Positions 19,409-28,922 are shown, counted from the whole stretch's first letter. The stretch is DNA of 38,092 nt, filler included, from Dehalococcoidia bacterium (GCA_041494685.1; 11 parts of 11 records of this genome joined end to end with filler, not necessarily neighbours in it), one strand, 5' to 3'. Notes: generated from the sequence alone by a model not told the origin. Translations and numbers: made by a program.

Positions 19409-19996
19409 CTACCGCGGACCCGCCTCCAGCAACCAGCGCGCGACGTCGACGTGCCGATCGAGATCGTCGCCGTACGGGCACCACGCGATCGTCTGCGCGA
19501 GCGCCCACAGCCGCGCACGCTCACGGTCGAGCGCCAGCTCGTCGCTCAGCCGGTCGAGGCGCCGCAGCACCTGCCGCCGCCCGTGCCCCAGCTCGGACCC
19601 GCGCACGATGGCCGCGATGCCGAACTCGCGCTCGCCGGTCAGCGGCTTCGGGTCGATCGCCAGCCACGGCTCGCGCTGCGCCCGCAGCACGTTGCCCGCG
19701 TGCAGGTCCTGGTGCAGCAGCACCTGCTCCCCCTGCGACGCCGGCAGCGTACGGAGCGCGTCGAGCGCCGCCGCCTCGTGTTCGGACTCGCGGTCGGGAA
19801 ACTGCAGCTTCAGCACGGCGCCGCCGCCGTCCGGCAGCGTGGCCGCGACCGGGAGCGACACGCTCCCGCCCGCGAACGGCTCGCCGAGTCGCAGCTGCCA
19901 CCGCTGGGCGCACTCGGCGACGAGCCGCGGCAGCGCATCGAGCCACGCGCGCCCGGCGTCATCGTTCCGAAAGCGTTCCAGGTACTCGGGCAGCAT
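19409..19996 (-). pseudogene. APH(6)/hydroxyurea-type aminoglycoside phosphotransferase with an apparent in-frame internal deletion
   Basis: N-terminal WLDALPRLV...AVLKL...EAAAL joins directly to LLHQDLHAGNVL...WLAIDPKP; the usual central segment is missing (195 aa). Confidence 0.7.
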
Positions 19997-20116
19997 CGAT
20001 CTCTCGCGCGCATCGGTCGGGGCGAACGGGTGTGTGGCGGATCATAGCAGCCGTCGCAGAGCCGCAACCCTCCCTAACTCGCTCGCACTGCGCACCCCGC
20101 GCACGCCGCTCCCGCG

Positions 20117-20145
20117 TTGACACGATCCGGGGCAATAGTTACGCT
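20117..20145 (+). promoter_or_regulatory. sigma70-type promoter for glyA
   Basis: TTGACA (20117-20122) - 17 nt - TACGCT (20140-20145). Confidence 0.75.
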
Positions 20146-20151
20146 TCCGTC

Positions 20152-20328
20152 GCAGATGCGAACGACACGGAGCCGCATGGGAACTGGACGCAGGCCGCGC
20201 CGGTAAGGCTGGTGTCACATCGCGCCGTCCACGTGCCACGCCAGCCTGACTGACGTGGCCGTTTCGTTTCCGCCGCATCCGCACCGGCGCCGCCGCGCCG
20301 CCCCTGGCAGCACCCGAGGAGTACACTC
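20152..20328 (+). promoter_or_regulatory. Structured 5' leader of glyA (candidate cis-regulatory RNA)
   Basis: Long-range pairings GATGCG/CGCATC and AACGA/TCGTT, a 10-bp stem, crossing TGGACG/CGTCCA pairing and an alternative hairpin. Confidence 0.45.
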
Positions 20329-21140
20329 ATGACCACCACCGACGTCGACCCGTACCTGGCCGAGACGCTGCGCACGGACCCCGAGATCTACCGCATCATC
20401 AAGGACGAGGAGCGCTACCAGGTCGATTCGATCCGGCTCATCCCGTCCGAGAACTACGCCTCCCGCGCCGTCATGGAGGCCACCGGCTCCGTCCTCGCCA
20501 ACAAGTATTCCGAGGGCTACCCCGGCAAGCGCTACTACGAGGGCCAGCGCAACATCGACCTGCTGGAGACGCTGGTGCAGGACCGCGCGAAGGACCTCTT
20601 CCACGCGGAGCACGCGAACGTCCAGCCTTACTCCGGCTCGCCCGCCAACCTGGCGGTCTACGTCGCGCTGCTGAACCCCGGCGACACGATCATGGGCCTC
20701 AGCCTGCCCCACGGCGGCCACCTCACCCACGGCTGGGGCGCCAGCGCCACCAGCAAGTTCTGGAACGCCATCCGCTACGAGGTCGATGCGAAGACCCACC
20801 TCATCGACTACGACAAGGTGCGCGCCATGGCGCTCGCCGAGCGCCCCCGGATCATCGTCGCCGGCGCCACCGCCTACCCGCGCCAGTTCGACTTCGCCCG
20901 CTTCGGCCAGATCGCGAAGGAGGCCGGCGCCTACTTCCTCGCCGACATCTCGCACATCAGCGGCCTCATCGTCGCCGGCGCGCATCCGGACCCCGCGCCC
21001 TACGCCGACGTCGTCATGACGACCACCCACAAGACGCTGCGCGGCCCGCGCGGCGCGATGATCCTCTGCAAGGCCGAGCACGCCGAGGCGATCGACAAGG
21101 CGGTCTTCCCCGGCCTGCAGGGCGGCCCGCACGAGAACAC
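20329..21140 (+). CDS. glyA: Serine hydroxymethyltransferase, 3'-truncated
   Basis: LIPSENY, NKYSEGYPGKRYY, NVQPYSGSPAN, GGHLTHG, PLP lysine motif TTTHKTLRGPRG. Confidence 0.98.
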
Positions 21141-21240
21141 NNNNNNNNNNNNNNNNNNNNNNNNNNNNNNNNNNNNNNNNNNNNTTAATTAATTAANNNN
21201 NNNNNNNNNNNNNNNNNNNNNNNNNNNNNNNNNNNNNNNN

Positions 21241-22273
21241 AGGCCACGTCGTCCGCCAGCGGCGTGCGCGGAAACGCATAGAGCGCACCGCGCGGCGCGG
21301 TCAGCTCGTAGCCGTACTCGCACAGCGCGCCGCAGAGCAGGTCGCGGTTCGTCTGGTAGAACCCGACGTCGCACAACGCATCCGCGCAGCGGGCCATCAC
21401 GCGCTGCGCCAGCGCCGCCGCGTTCACGAACCCCAACGTCCGGTTGAGCATCGTCAGGGCGCCCAACAGCAACCCACGGTCCGGCACGGACGGCGGGACG
21501 GCGATGTACCCGGCCCGCTCGCCGGGGATGCTGACGTCCTTCGAGTAGCTCGAGACGACGATGCTGCGCGCGTAATGGGGGACAGGCGTCGGGCACCAGT
21601 CCAGGCCGTAGATGATGCGGCGGTACGGGTCGTCGCACAGCAGGTACAGCGGGCGCGCCGGGCGATCGTGCCGGGCCAGCAGGGCCGCGAGCGCCCGGCA
21701 CTTCTCCTCGGTATAGACGACGCCCGTCGGGTTGTTCGGCGTGTTGATGATCATGCCGCGCGTGCGCGGCGTGAGGGCGGCTTCGAGGACGGCGAGGTCG
21801 GGCTGAAACTCGGCGTCGGTCTGAACCAGGACCATCCTGCCGCCGGCTTGCTCGATGTAGAAGCGGTATTCCGGAAAGAAGGGGGCGAGCACGATCACTT
21901 CGTCGCCGGGGTTGCAGATCGCGTGCAGCGCGACATTCATGCCGCCGGCCGCGCCGCTGGTAAGGACGATCGACGCCGCATCGAACGCCAGGCGGTACTC
22001 CCGCGCGACGAACCGCGCGACGGCCGCGCGGGTCTCGTCGAAGCCGGCGTTGGACATGTAGCGGTGCAGCGGGGCCTTGCGTTCGGCGGCCACCGCCACG
22101 AGGGCGTCGAAGAACGCCTGCGGCGGCTCGGCATTGGGGTTGCCGAGCGAAAAGTCGCAGACGTTGTCCTCGCCCAGCTCGGCCTTGAGCTGCCGCCCCT
22201 TCTCGAACATCTCGCGGATGAACGATGCCGCCTGCATGTCGGCGAGGACTTTCTGTGCGACGGCGTTCGACAT
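21241..22273 (-). CDS. PLP-dependent class I/II aminotransferase (aspartate aminotransferase-like), 3'-truncated
   Basis: IREMFEKG, DFSLGNP, INTPNNPTG, DDPY, SYSKDVSIPGERAG. Confidence 0.93.
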
Positions 22274-22668
22274 GGATCGTCCCTTGGTGCGACGCCACCT
22301 GTGGCCCGCGGGCCGCACGGACACCACCCGGGCCGGCGTGCGGCAGCGTACTGTCGCCGCGCGCCGGACGCCAGAGCCCGCTGGCGAAGGGCGTCCGTGC
22401 CGGGGGCGCAGCGGCGGCGCGTCCACCGCTGCCCACGCCCGGTTAACCCTTATCGGACATCGTCGCGGTCCGCGTGCGCACGCCGGCCGGTGTCCGCCTG
22501 AGAATCGCTGCCGCCGCGCGCCTAACTCAATCGCGTGTGCGCGCAGCACGATAACCCTGAAGAGTCACACAGCGATTCGGGAAACGCTTGCGGACTGGAG
22601 TGACGGGCACGCCCTACGAACCGGGCGCCGCGGGCCACGGCCCCCTGGCGCGAGAGGACGCGCAGAAT

Positions 22669-23924
22669 ATGACCACAGCACAAGAAGCGATGGCGGGCTT
22701 GCGCGCAGCGGCCGCAGGGGGACTGAGCCGGAATGACCTCGGGCGACTCGCCCAGATGCATTCCTGGGCGCAAGCCCTCGGCGAAATCGAGCTGCCGGGC
22801 ACCAATCCGTCCGCCGACCAGGCCGTGCGGCGGCTCGCCCAAGTCCTGGTCGAGCTGCTGGAGCGGATCATTCTGGACGAGGCGGCGGACGCGAACGCGG
22901 GGCTCGCCCTGCTCCCCGAAATCACCAACGTGCTCTCGGCGGCGGGGGAAAGCCAGACCGTCGAAATTGATCCGGTCCTGGCGCGCGCCGCGACGGCGAT
23001 GGGGGGCGCATCCAGGACCGTCTCCGCCGCGCCGCCGCTGTCGCCGACAGGGGCAACACTGGCCAGCGCCAGCGCGATCCCCCAGCCTGCGGTCTGTGAG
23101 CCGCCCGCGCCGTCCGCGCCGGCGTCCGCGCCGCAGGTCGAACCATACATCAGCGAGCCGCTGGTGCTCGACCTCGACGAACGGGAGCACCTGGATGGTT
23201 TCCTGGCGGAAGCCGCCGAACACATGGACGCGATCGAGGCCGGTCTGCTGGCAGTGGAAGCGCACCTGTCGGACGCGGACAAGCTCAACGAGTTGTTCCG
23301 CCCATTCCACACGATCAAGGGCATCGCGGGCTTCCTGAACCTGCGCGACATCAATCGGCTCACGCACGAGATCGAGACGATCCTCGATCTGGGCCGCAAG
23401 GGGACGACGCGGATTACCACCACGACCGTGGACCTCATTTTCACCGCCGTCGACGCGTTGAAAGCACAACTGGCGGCGATCCGGCAGTATCTGGCGACCC
23501 CAAGCGGACCGACCTGCCCACAGCCCGACATCGCCGCCGTGATGGCCGAGCTGCGCCGCGTGGCCGCCGGATTGGGCGACGCGGGACCGTCCGACGCGCG
23601 GCCGCGACTCGGCGAGCTGCTGGTCGCGGAGGGCCTGGCTGCCGAGAGCGACGTCTCCGCGGCGTTGGGCATACAGACGCAGGAGCCGCCGCCGCCGCGC
23701 AAGCTCGGCCAGATTCTGGTCGCGGAGGGCGTCACGTCCGAGACACAAGTGCGGCGTGCGCTGGCCCAGCAGGGCGAAGGCGCGAAGGCGCTGATGGACG
23801 CGTCGATCCGCGTGGAGACGGTCAAGCTCGATGCGCTGGTCGACGCGATCGGCGAACTGGTGATCGCGCAGGCCATGGTCGGGCTGCATCCGAAAATCCG
23901 CGAGGACGAGAAGCTGCTGCGCAG
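22669..23924 (+). CDS. cheA: Chemotaxis histidine kinase CheA with MshEN-like repeats, 3'-truncated
   Basis: Hpt domain FLAEAAEH...FRPFHTIKGIAGFL...THEIETILD; dimerisation domain SIRVETVKLDALVDAIGELVIAQ. Confidence 0.93.
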
Positions 23925-24025
23925 NNNNNNNNNNNNNNNNNNNNNNNNNNNNNNNNNNNNNNNNNNNNTTAATTAATTAANNNNNNNNNNNNNNNNNNNN
24001 NNNNNNNNNNNNNNNNNNNNNNNNG

Positions 24026-25228
24026 GAATACGAGCGCGGCGCGTCCTTCGACGAGGTCTACGCCGCCATCGTCGAGCGTGTACTGGCGCTCGCCTGCCGT
24101 CCGGAGGGCGCCGTCTACGCCGTGCCCGGCCACCCGCTCTTCGCCGAGGCGACCGTCCGCGCGCTGCTCGACCGCACCGCCGCGGAGGGCATCGCGACGC
24201 GCATCGTCGCCGGTGTCAGCTTCCTCGACGTCGTGGCGGCCGCGCTGGGCCTCGACCCGCTGGCCGACGGCCTGCTCGTGCTCGACGCGCTGTCGCTCGG
24301 CGACCACCGCCGCCTGCTCGTGCCGCAGCGCCCGTCGCTGATCGCCCAGGTGTACGACCGCCGCGCCGCATCGCAGGCCAAGCTCGCGCTGCTCGACGCG
24401 TACCCGCCGGAGCACCCGGTCCGCGTCGTCATTGCCGCTGGCACGGCGGACGAACGGGTGCGAGACGTGGCGCTCGAGCGTCTGGACCACGGAGACGACT
24501 TCGATCACCTCGCCACGATCTACCTGCCGCCGCTCGCGCTCACGGATGACGTGCGCACGTTCGAAGGTCTGCGCGCCGTGATCGCTCGGCTCCGCGCGCC
24601 GGACGGTGGCTGCCCGTGGGACCTGCAGCAGACGCACGAGACGCTGAAGCGCTACCTGCTCGAAGAGGCGTACGAGGCGATCGACGCGCTCGACGAAGGC
24701 GACCCGCACCGCCTGGCGGAGGAGCTGGGCGACCTGCTGATGCAGATCGTCCTGCACGCGCAGGTCGCCGAGGACGAGGGCTCGTTCGTGGTCGAGGACG
24801 TGTTCCGCGGCATCGCGACGAAGCTGATCCGGCGCCACCCGCACGTCTTCGGCGACGTCGCGGTGTCCGGGCCGGACGACGTCGTCCGCAACTGGGAGAC
24901 GCTGAAGAAAGATGAGCGCGGCGACGCGCCGCTGCTCGACGCCGTGCCGAAGGCGATGCCCGCGCTGGCGCAGGCGCAGTCAGTGCAGGGCCGCGCCGCC
25001 AAGGCCGGCCTGGCGCCGCCGCCCGATCCCGACGCGCTCCGCGCGACGATCGCGCGGCTCGCCGTCTCCACCGACGCCGTCAGCGCGCAGCAACTCGGCG
25101 CGCTGCTCTTCGGCGTCGTCGAGCTGGCGCGCGAGCACGATCTCGACGCCGAGGAGTCGCTGCGCCTCGCCGTCCGCGATTTTCGCGCCAGCATCGCCGC
25201 CGCCGAGCGGCGCGCGAAGGGCGGGTAG
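24026..25228 (+). CDS. mazG: YabN/MazG bifunctional protein (tetrapyrrole-methylase-like + nucleoside triphosphate pyrophosphohydrolase), 5'-truncated
   Basis: YAVPGHPLFAEATV, GVSFLD, LRAPDGGCPWD.QQTH, EEAYE, EELGDLLMQIVLHAQ, KLIRRHPHVFG. Confidence 0.93.
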   Translation, partial: EYERGASFDEVYAAIVERVLALACRPEGAVYAVPGHPLFAEATVRALLDRTAAEGIATRIVAGVSFLDVVAAALGLDPLADGLLVLDALSLGDHRRLLVPQRPSLIAQVYDRRAASQAKLALLDAYPPEHPVRVVIAAGTADERVRDVALERLDHGDDFDHLATIYLPPLALTDDVRTFEGLRAVIARLRAPDGGCPWDLQQTHETLKRYLLEEAYEAIDALDEGDPHRLAEELGDLLMQIVLHAQVAEDEGSFVVEDVFRGIATKLIRRHPHVFGDVAVSGPDDVVRNWETLKKDERGDAPLLDAVPKAMPALAQAQSVQGRAAKAGLAPPPDPDALRATIARLAVSTDAVSAQQLGALLFGVVELAREHDLDAEESLRLAVRDFRASIAAAERRAKGG

Positions 25229-25645
25229 CTACTCGTCGTCCGCCGCCCCCGAGCGCGCCGTCTCGGCGTGCTGCTGTACAAGCGGCAACCACTCCGCCTC
25301 GTCCCGGTTGTCGAAGTCCCACCAGACGTGCTCGCCCTTCGTCGTCTCGATGAACAGGCACTGATTCATGCTGCCCGGCGCGCCCATCCGCGCCCGCGCG
25401 TACGGATAGAGGCCCGCCGACTTCACCTCGTCGTACCGCACCGTCAGCCAGCGCGCCTCGCCCTTCTTCGCCTCGAACATCAGCCGGCGGTCCGTCATGT
25501 AGAGCGCGCCGGCGATCACGGCTCGCCCCTGCAGCAGCGACGCCGCCACGCCGCGCTCCACCTGCTCGCCCGGCGGCAGGTCGGCGGATGGCGGCGGCAC
25601 CGGCTTTGACTTCCGTGCGCGTCCGAAGAGCGGCATCTCAGGCAC
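25229..25645 (-). CDS. Small PH/GRAM-like domain protein
   Basis: GALYMTDRRLMFE pattern typical of bacterial PH/GRAM folds. Confidence 0.6.
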   Translation of the reverse strand: MPEMPLFGRARKSKPVPPPSADLPPGEQVERGVAASLLQGRAVIAGALYMTDRRLMFEAKKGEARWLTVRYDEVKSAGLYPYARARMGAPGSMNQCLFIETTKGEHVWWDFDNRDEAEWLPLVQQHAETARSGAADDE

Positions 25646-26621
25646 CTCCCTGCGCGCGGACGTACTTCATGGCGGGGCGCAGCTGCTCCGCGTGCGTCTC
25701 TTCGTGCGGGTGGAACCAGTCGAGCATGTCCGCCAGCGTGATCTCGAAGGGGCGCACGCTGATCTCGAACGTCAGCCGCAGGTGCTCCAGCTTCAGCCCC
25801 GCGATCAGCCGCAGCGTCTCGTGGCGCGTCGAGAGGTACTCCTCCGCGAGCCGGCCCTCCGTCGTGTGGCGCCGCTCCTCGATCCGCTGCGCGTTGCCGG
25901 CGTCGATGTCCGGCCACGCCGCCACGCGGCCGTGCTCGATGACGTGCCGCAGGTGGCCCTGCAGCACCCAGTCGCCCGTCGCAATGTGCGCCAGCAGGTC
26001 GTGGAACGACCAGCCCGGCAGCGGCGAGGGCCTCTGCCACTGCACCGGATCGACGTTGTAGATCACGTAGAGCGCGGCGTCGGGCTTCAGGGAGTCAGCG
26101 GCGCCCTGCACCTCCGGCAGCAAGCGGAGGTGCTGCGGCTGCCAGGTGAGCGCGAGCGCTCGGCGCACGTCGGCGGCGTGCATGCGGTCGTGGTAGCCGA
26201 GCCAGATGCGTTCGCGCACGGAGTTGTGGCGATCGCCGAACGAGCGAAGCGCCAGCGCCAGGTGGCGCGGCTCCAGTAGCTCGTACAGGCTCAGCAGCAG
26301 CCTGCGCCGACGCTCCATCTCGGCGATCAGCTCCGCGGGCGGCAGCTTCCGCGCGCTCTTCACGGCGCCGGCGCGCGCAGCCGCCGCCTCAGCGGGCGTC
26401 AGCGGCGGCTGCTGCTCCGCCTCGCCCTTCAGCAGCCCCTGCGCGGCCAGCGCCCACGCGTGGTCGGCCGTGGCGAGGTGCGCCAGCAAGTCGTGGAGGG
26501 TGCGTTCGCCGTACGGCACGTAGCGGCCCCAGTCGCCGTCGCCGACCTCGGCCAGCGCCGCCAGCAGGTCGTTGCGGGCGTGCTGCATGTCGAGCACCGC
26601 GTCGTGTACGAACGCCTCCAT
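25638..26621 (-). CDS. Tandem DinB/MDMPI-family protein
   Basis: Two repeats: TLHDLLAHLA...HDRMHAADV and WSFHDLLAHIA...HEETHAEQL. Confidence 0.85.
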   Translation of the reverse strand: MEAFVHDAVLDMQHARNDLLAALAEVGDGDWGRYVPYGERTLHDLLAHLATADHAWALAAQGLLKGEAEQQPPLTPAEAAAARAGAVKSARKLPPAELIAEMERRRRLLLSLYELLEPRHLALALRSFGDRHNSVRERIWLGYHDRMHAADVRRALALTWQPQHLRLLPEVQGAADSLKPDAALYVIYNVDPVQWQRPSPLPGWSFHDLLAHIATGDWVLQGHLRHVIEHGRVAAWPDIDAGNAQRIEERRHTTEGRLAEEYLSTRHETLRLIAGLKLEHLRLTFEISVRPFEITLADMLDWFHPHEETHAEQLRPAMKYVRAQGGA

Positions 26622-26733
26622 GCCGCCAGTGTANNNNNNNNNNNNNNNNNNNNNNNNNNNNNNNNNNNNNNNNNNNNTTAATTAATTAANNNNNNNNNNN
26701 NNNNNNNNNNNNNNNNNNNNNNNNNNNNNNNNN

Positions 26734-27435
26734 CGTGAAGCGGCGCTAACGGCCGGCAAAGGCCCGGCCGACGATGTCGCGCGCCAGATGATCGAGCGTA
26801 TGAAGCGTCGCAACGACTGGACCTGCCAGACGGGCCGCGAGCAGCCTTCGCTGGTCCCTTTCATTAGCCTCGACCCGTCGATGGGGCCGGAGGACGCCGT
26901 CGCGGAGGTGCACCGCTGCCGGCAGCAGGGAGCGGTCGGCATCAAGCTGCACCCGTCCAGCCAGCGCTTCAACCCCGACGACCCGAACCTGTGGCCCGTC
27001 TACGCCGAGGCGGAGTCGCTGGAAATGCCGGTGCTTTCGCACGGCGGCTTCTTCCCGGCGGACCCGGAGTCGTCGGAGTTCTCGCGGCCGCGGGCGTTCG
27101 CGCGCGCGCTCGAAGCGTTTCCGAGGCTACGGTTCGTTTTGGCGCACATGGGGCAGGGCTACATCGACGAGTCGCTGGCGATGGCCGAGCGCTTCCCCAA
27201 TCTCCACTTCGACAGCTCCACCGTCATCACCGGCACGGTCTACCCGCCGTCGATTTCCGACGACGAAGCGGTGGCGCTGGTGCGACGTTTCGGCGCCGAG
27301 CGCGTCCTCTTCGCCTCCGACTGGCCATGGTTCCATCCTCTTCGCGACCTTGAGCGCATCGAGACGCTGGCCTTGTCGGACTCGGAGCGGCGGCTTATTC
27401 TGAGCGAGAACGCCCGTCGCGTAATGGGCATCTAG
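26734..27435 (+). CDS. Amidohydrolase_2 family metal-dependent hydrolase, 5'-truncated
   Basis: GIKLHP, PVLSHGG, FPRLRFVLAHMG, NLHFDSS, RVLFASDWPW, ILSENARR. Confidence 0.92.
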   Translation, partial: REAALTAGKGPADDVARQMIERMKRRNDWTCQTGREQPSLVPFISLDPSMGPEDAVAEVHRCRQQGAVGIKLHPSSQRFNPDDPNLWPVYAEAESLEMPVLSHGGFFPADPESSEFSRPRAFARALEAFPRLRFVLAHMGQGYIDESLAMAERFPNLHFDSSTVITGTVYPPSISDDEAVALVRRFGAERVLFASDWPWFHPLRDLERIETLALSDSERRLILSENARRVMGI

Positions 27436-27468
27436 GCGTCTGAAGTTCCGTCCATCGGGAGGTGAATC

Positions 27469-28347
27469 ATGCCTGTCGACAGCTTCAAGTGGATGCCGCC
27501 TTCGCTGGCCAACTACTATCGGAACCTGAGCATGACAAGAGCAGAGGTGCCCTGGACGCCGCTGCGGAAGCCGCTCAGCGAGTGTCGCTTCTCGCTCCTG
27601 AGCACCGCGGGCGCCTACCTGAAGGGCGAGCAGGAGCCCTTCGACGTGGAGCGTGAGAAGCGCGAGCCGACGTGGGGCGACCCCACGTATCGCGCGATCC
27701 CCCGCGGCGTGCGCCAGGAGCAGATCGGCGTGGCGCACCTGCACATCAACACCGCCGACCTGGAGGCGGACATCAACGTCGCTCTGCCAATCCATCGCTT
27801 CCTCGAGCTGGAGGCGGCGGGCGAAATCGGCTCGCTAGCGCCGACAAGCTACTCCGTGATGGGCTACCAGCAGTCGAACGACGAATGGCGCGACCGGATC
27901 GGCCCGGAGATCGCGTCGCGCATGAAAGACGAGGAGGTGGACGGCGCGTTCCTCACGCCCGTCTGACCGGAGTGCTGCCGAAACGTGCCCGTGTTGGCGC
28001 GTGCAATTGAAGCAGTCGGAATCAGCACCGTCGTCGTGACGATGTCGCCGTACCTGGCTCAGGCGGTGGGCACGCCCCGGATCGTCGGAGTCGAGTTCCC
28101 GTTCGGTCATCCGCTGGGACACGCCGGCGACCGCGAGGAGCAGATGCGCGTCATCCGCGACGCTCTGCGGGCGATGGTGGAGATCAAGGAGCCGAACACT
28201 GCGATCGACCTGCCGTACGTCTGGCCGGAGTTCGACTACTGGATCAAGGCGTGGCATCCGGAGGAGCCGGCACCGATTACGAAGTGGCTGCGGGAGCAGG
28301 CGAGGCTGCGGGCAGAGGCGAAGCGTCGTGAGGAGGAGCAGGCGTAG
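27469..28347 (+). CDS. PrdB/GrdB-family selenoprotein (292 aa, Sec at codon 166, UxxC)
   Basis: ORFs 27469-27966 and 27985-28347 are in the same frame; reading through TGA 27964-27966 gives FLTPV-U-PECCRNVPVLARAIEAVGISTV, matching the PrdB/GrdB UxxC site. GGAGGT RBS upstream. Confidence 0.9.
27976..28005 (+). promoter_or_regulatory. Bacterial SECIS-like hairpin
   Basis: Stem ACGTGCC (27983-89)/GGCGCGT (27996-28002), loop CGTGTT with G at position 2 followed by U; loop starts 23 nt after the UGA; lower TGC/GCA pairing. Confidence 0.75.
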
Positions 28348-28358
28348 CGGAGAGAGAC

Positions 28359-28874
28359 ATGGATTTCATGACGCTGATTGAAGAGAGGCACTCTACGCGG
28401 GCGTACCAGGACAAGACGGTAGAATCGGAGAAGCTCGACAAGATACTACACGCGGCGAACAGGGCGCCGTCTGCGGGTGACCTGCAAGCCTACTCGATTG
28501 TCGTCGTTCGCAGTCCCGCTGCCCGCAAGGCGCTGGCGCGAGCCGCCGTTGACCAGCAGTTCGTCGAACAGGCGGCCGTTGTGCTTGCGTTCCTCGCGGA
28601 GCCGGCGCGGTCGAGCGAGAAGTACGGGCATCGCGGCGAGAGCCTGTACGCTGTCCAGGACGTGACGATCGCCTGTGCCTATGCGCAGCTCGCCGCTCAC
28701 GACCTGGGGCTGGCGGCCTGCTGGGTGGGCGCGTTCCGAAAGAGGGAAGTGCAGGAGGTCGTCGGCGCGACGGACGGGCAGGTGCCGGTCGCGCTGCTGC
28801 CGATCGGCTACGCGGCGGAGACGCCGTTCATCACGCCGCGGCGGCCGCTATCGGAAATGGTGCGCGAGGTCTAG
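28359..28874 (+). CDS. Nitroreductase family protein
   Basis: RHSTRAY, RAPSAGDLQ, LGLAACWVGAF, LLPIGY. Confidence 0.93.
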   Translation: MDFMTLIEERHSTRAYQDKTVESEKLDKILHAANRAPSAGDLQAYSIVVVRSPAARKALARAAVDQQFVEQAAVVLAFLAEPARSSEKYGHRGESLYAVQDVTIACAYAQLAAHDLGLAACWVGAFRKREVQEVVGATDGQVPVALLPIGYAAETPFITPRRPLSEMVREV

Positions 28875-28922
28875 GCTTCGAGCGGCATGATGCCAGCCGC
28901 GCTCCTGCTGACGCGTCGCGCG

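Noticed and set aside
20152..20328. Assignment of the glyA leader as a canonical ZTP, THF or glycine riboswitch
   Set aside because: Core consensus strings (GACTGGCG...CGCCTGGG; GCGTTAAGTG; GGAGA...CCGAAG...CTCTCAGG) are not present, so it is kept only as an unclassified candidate.
24900..25228. Degenerate second MazG domain as a pseudogene
   Set aside because: The frame is intact, and degeneration of the C-terminal MazG repeat is common.
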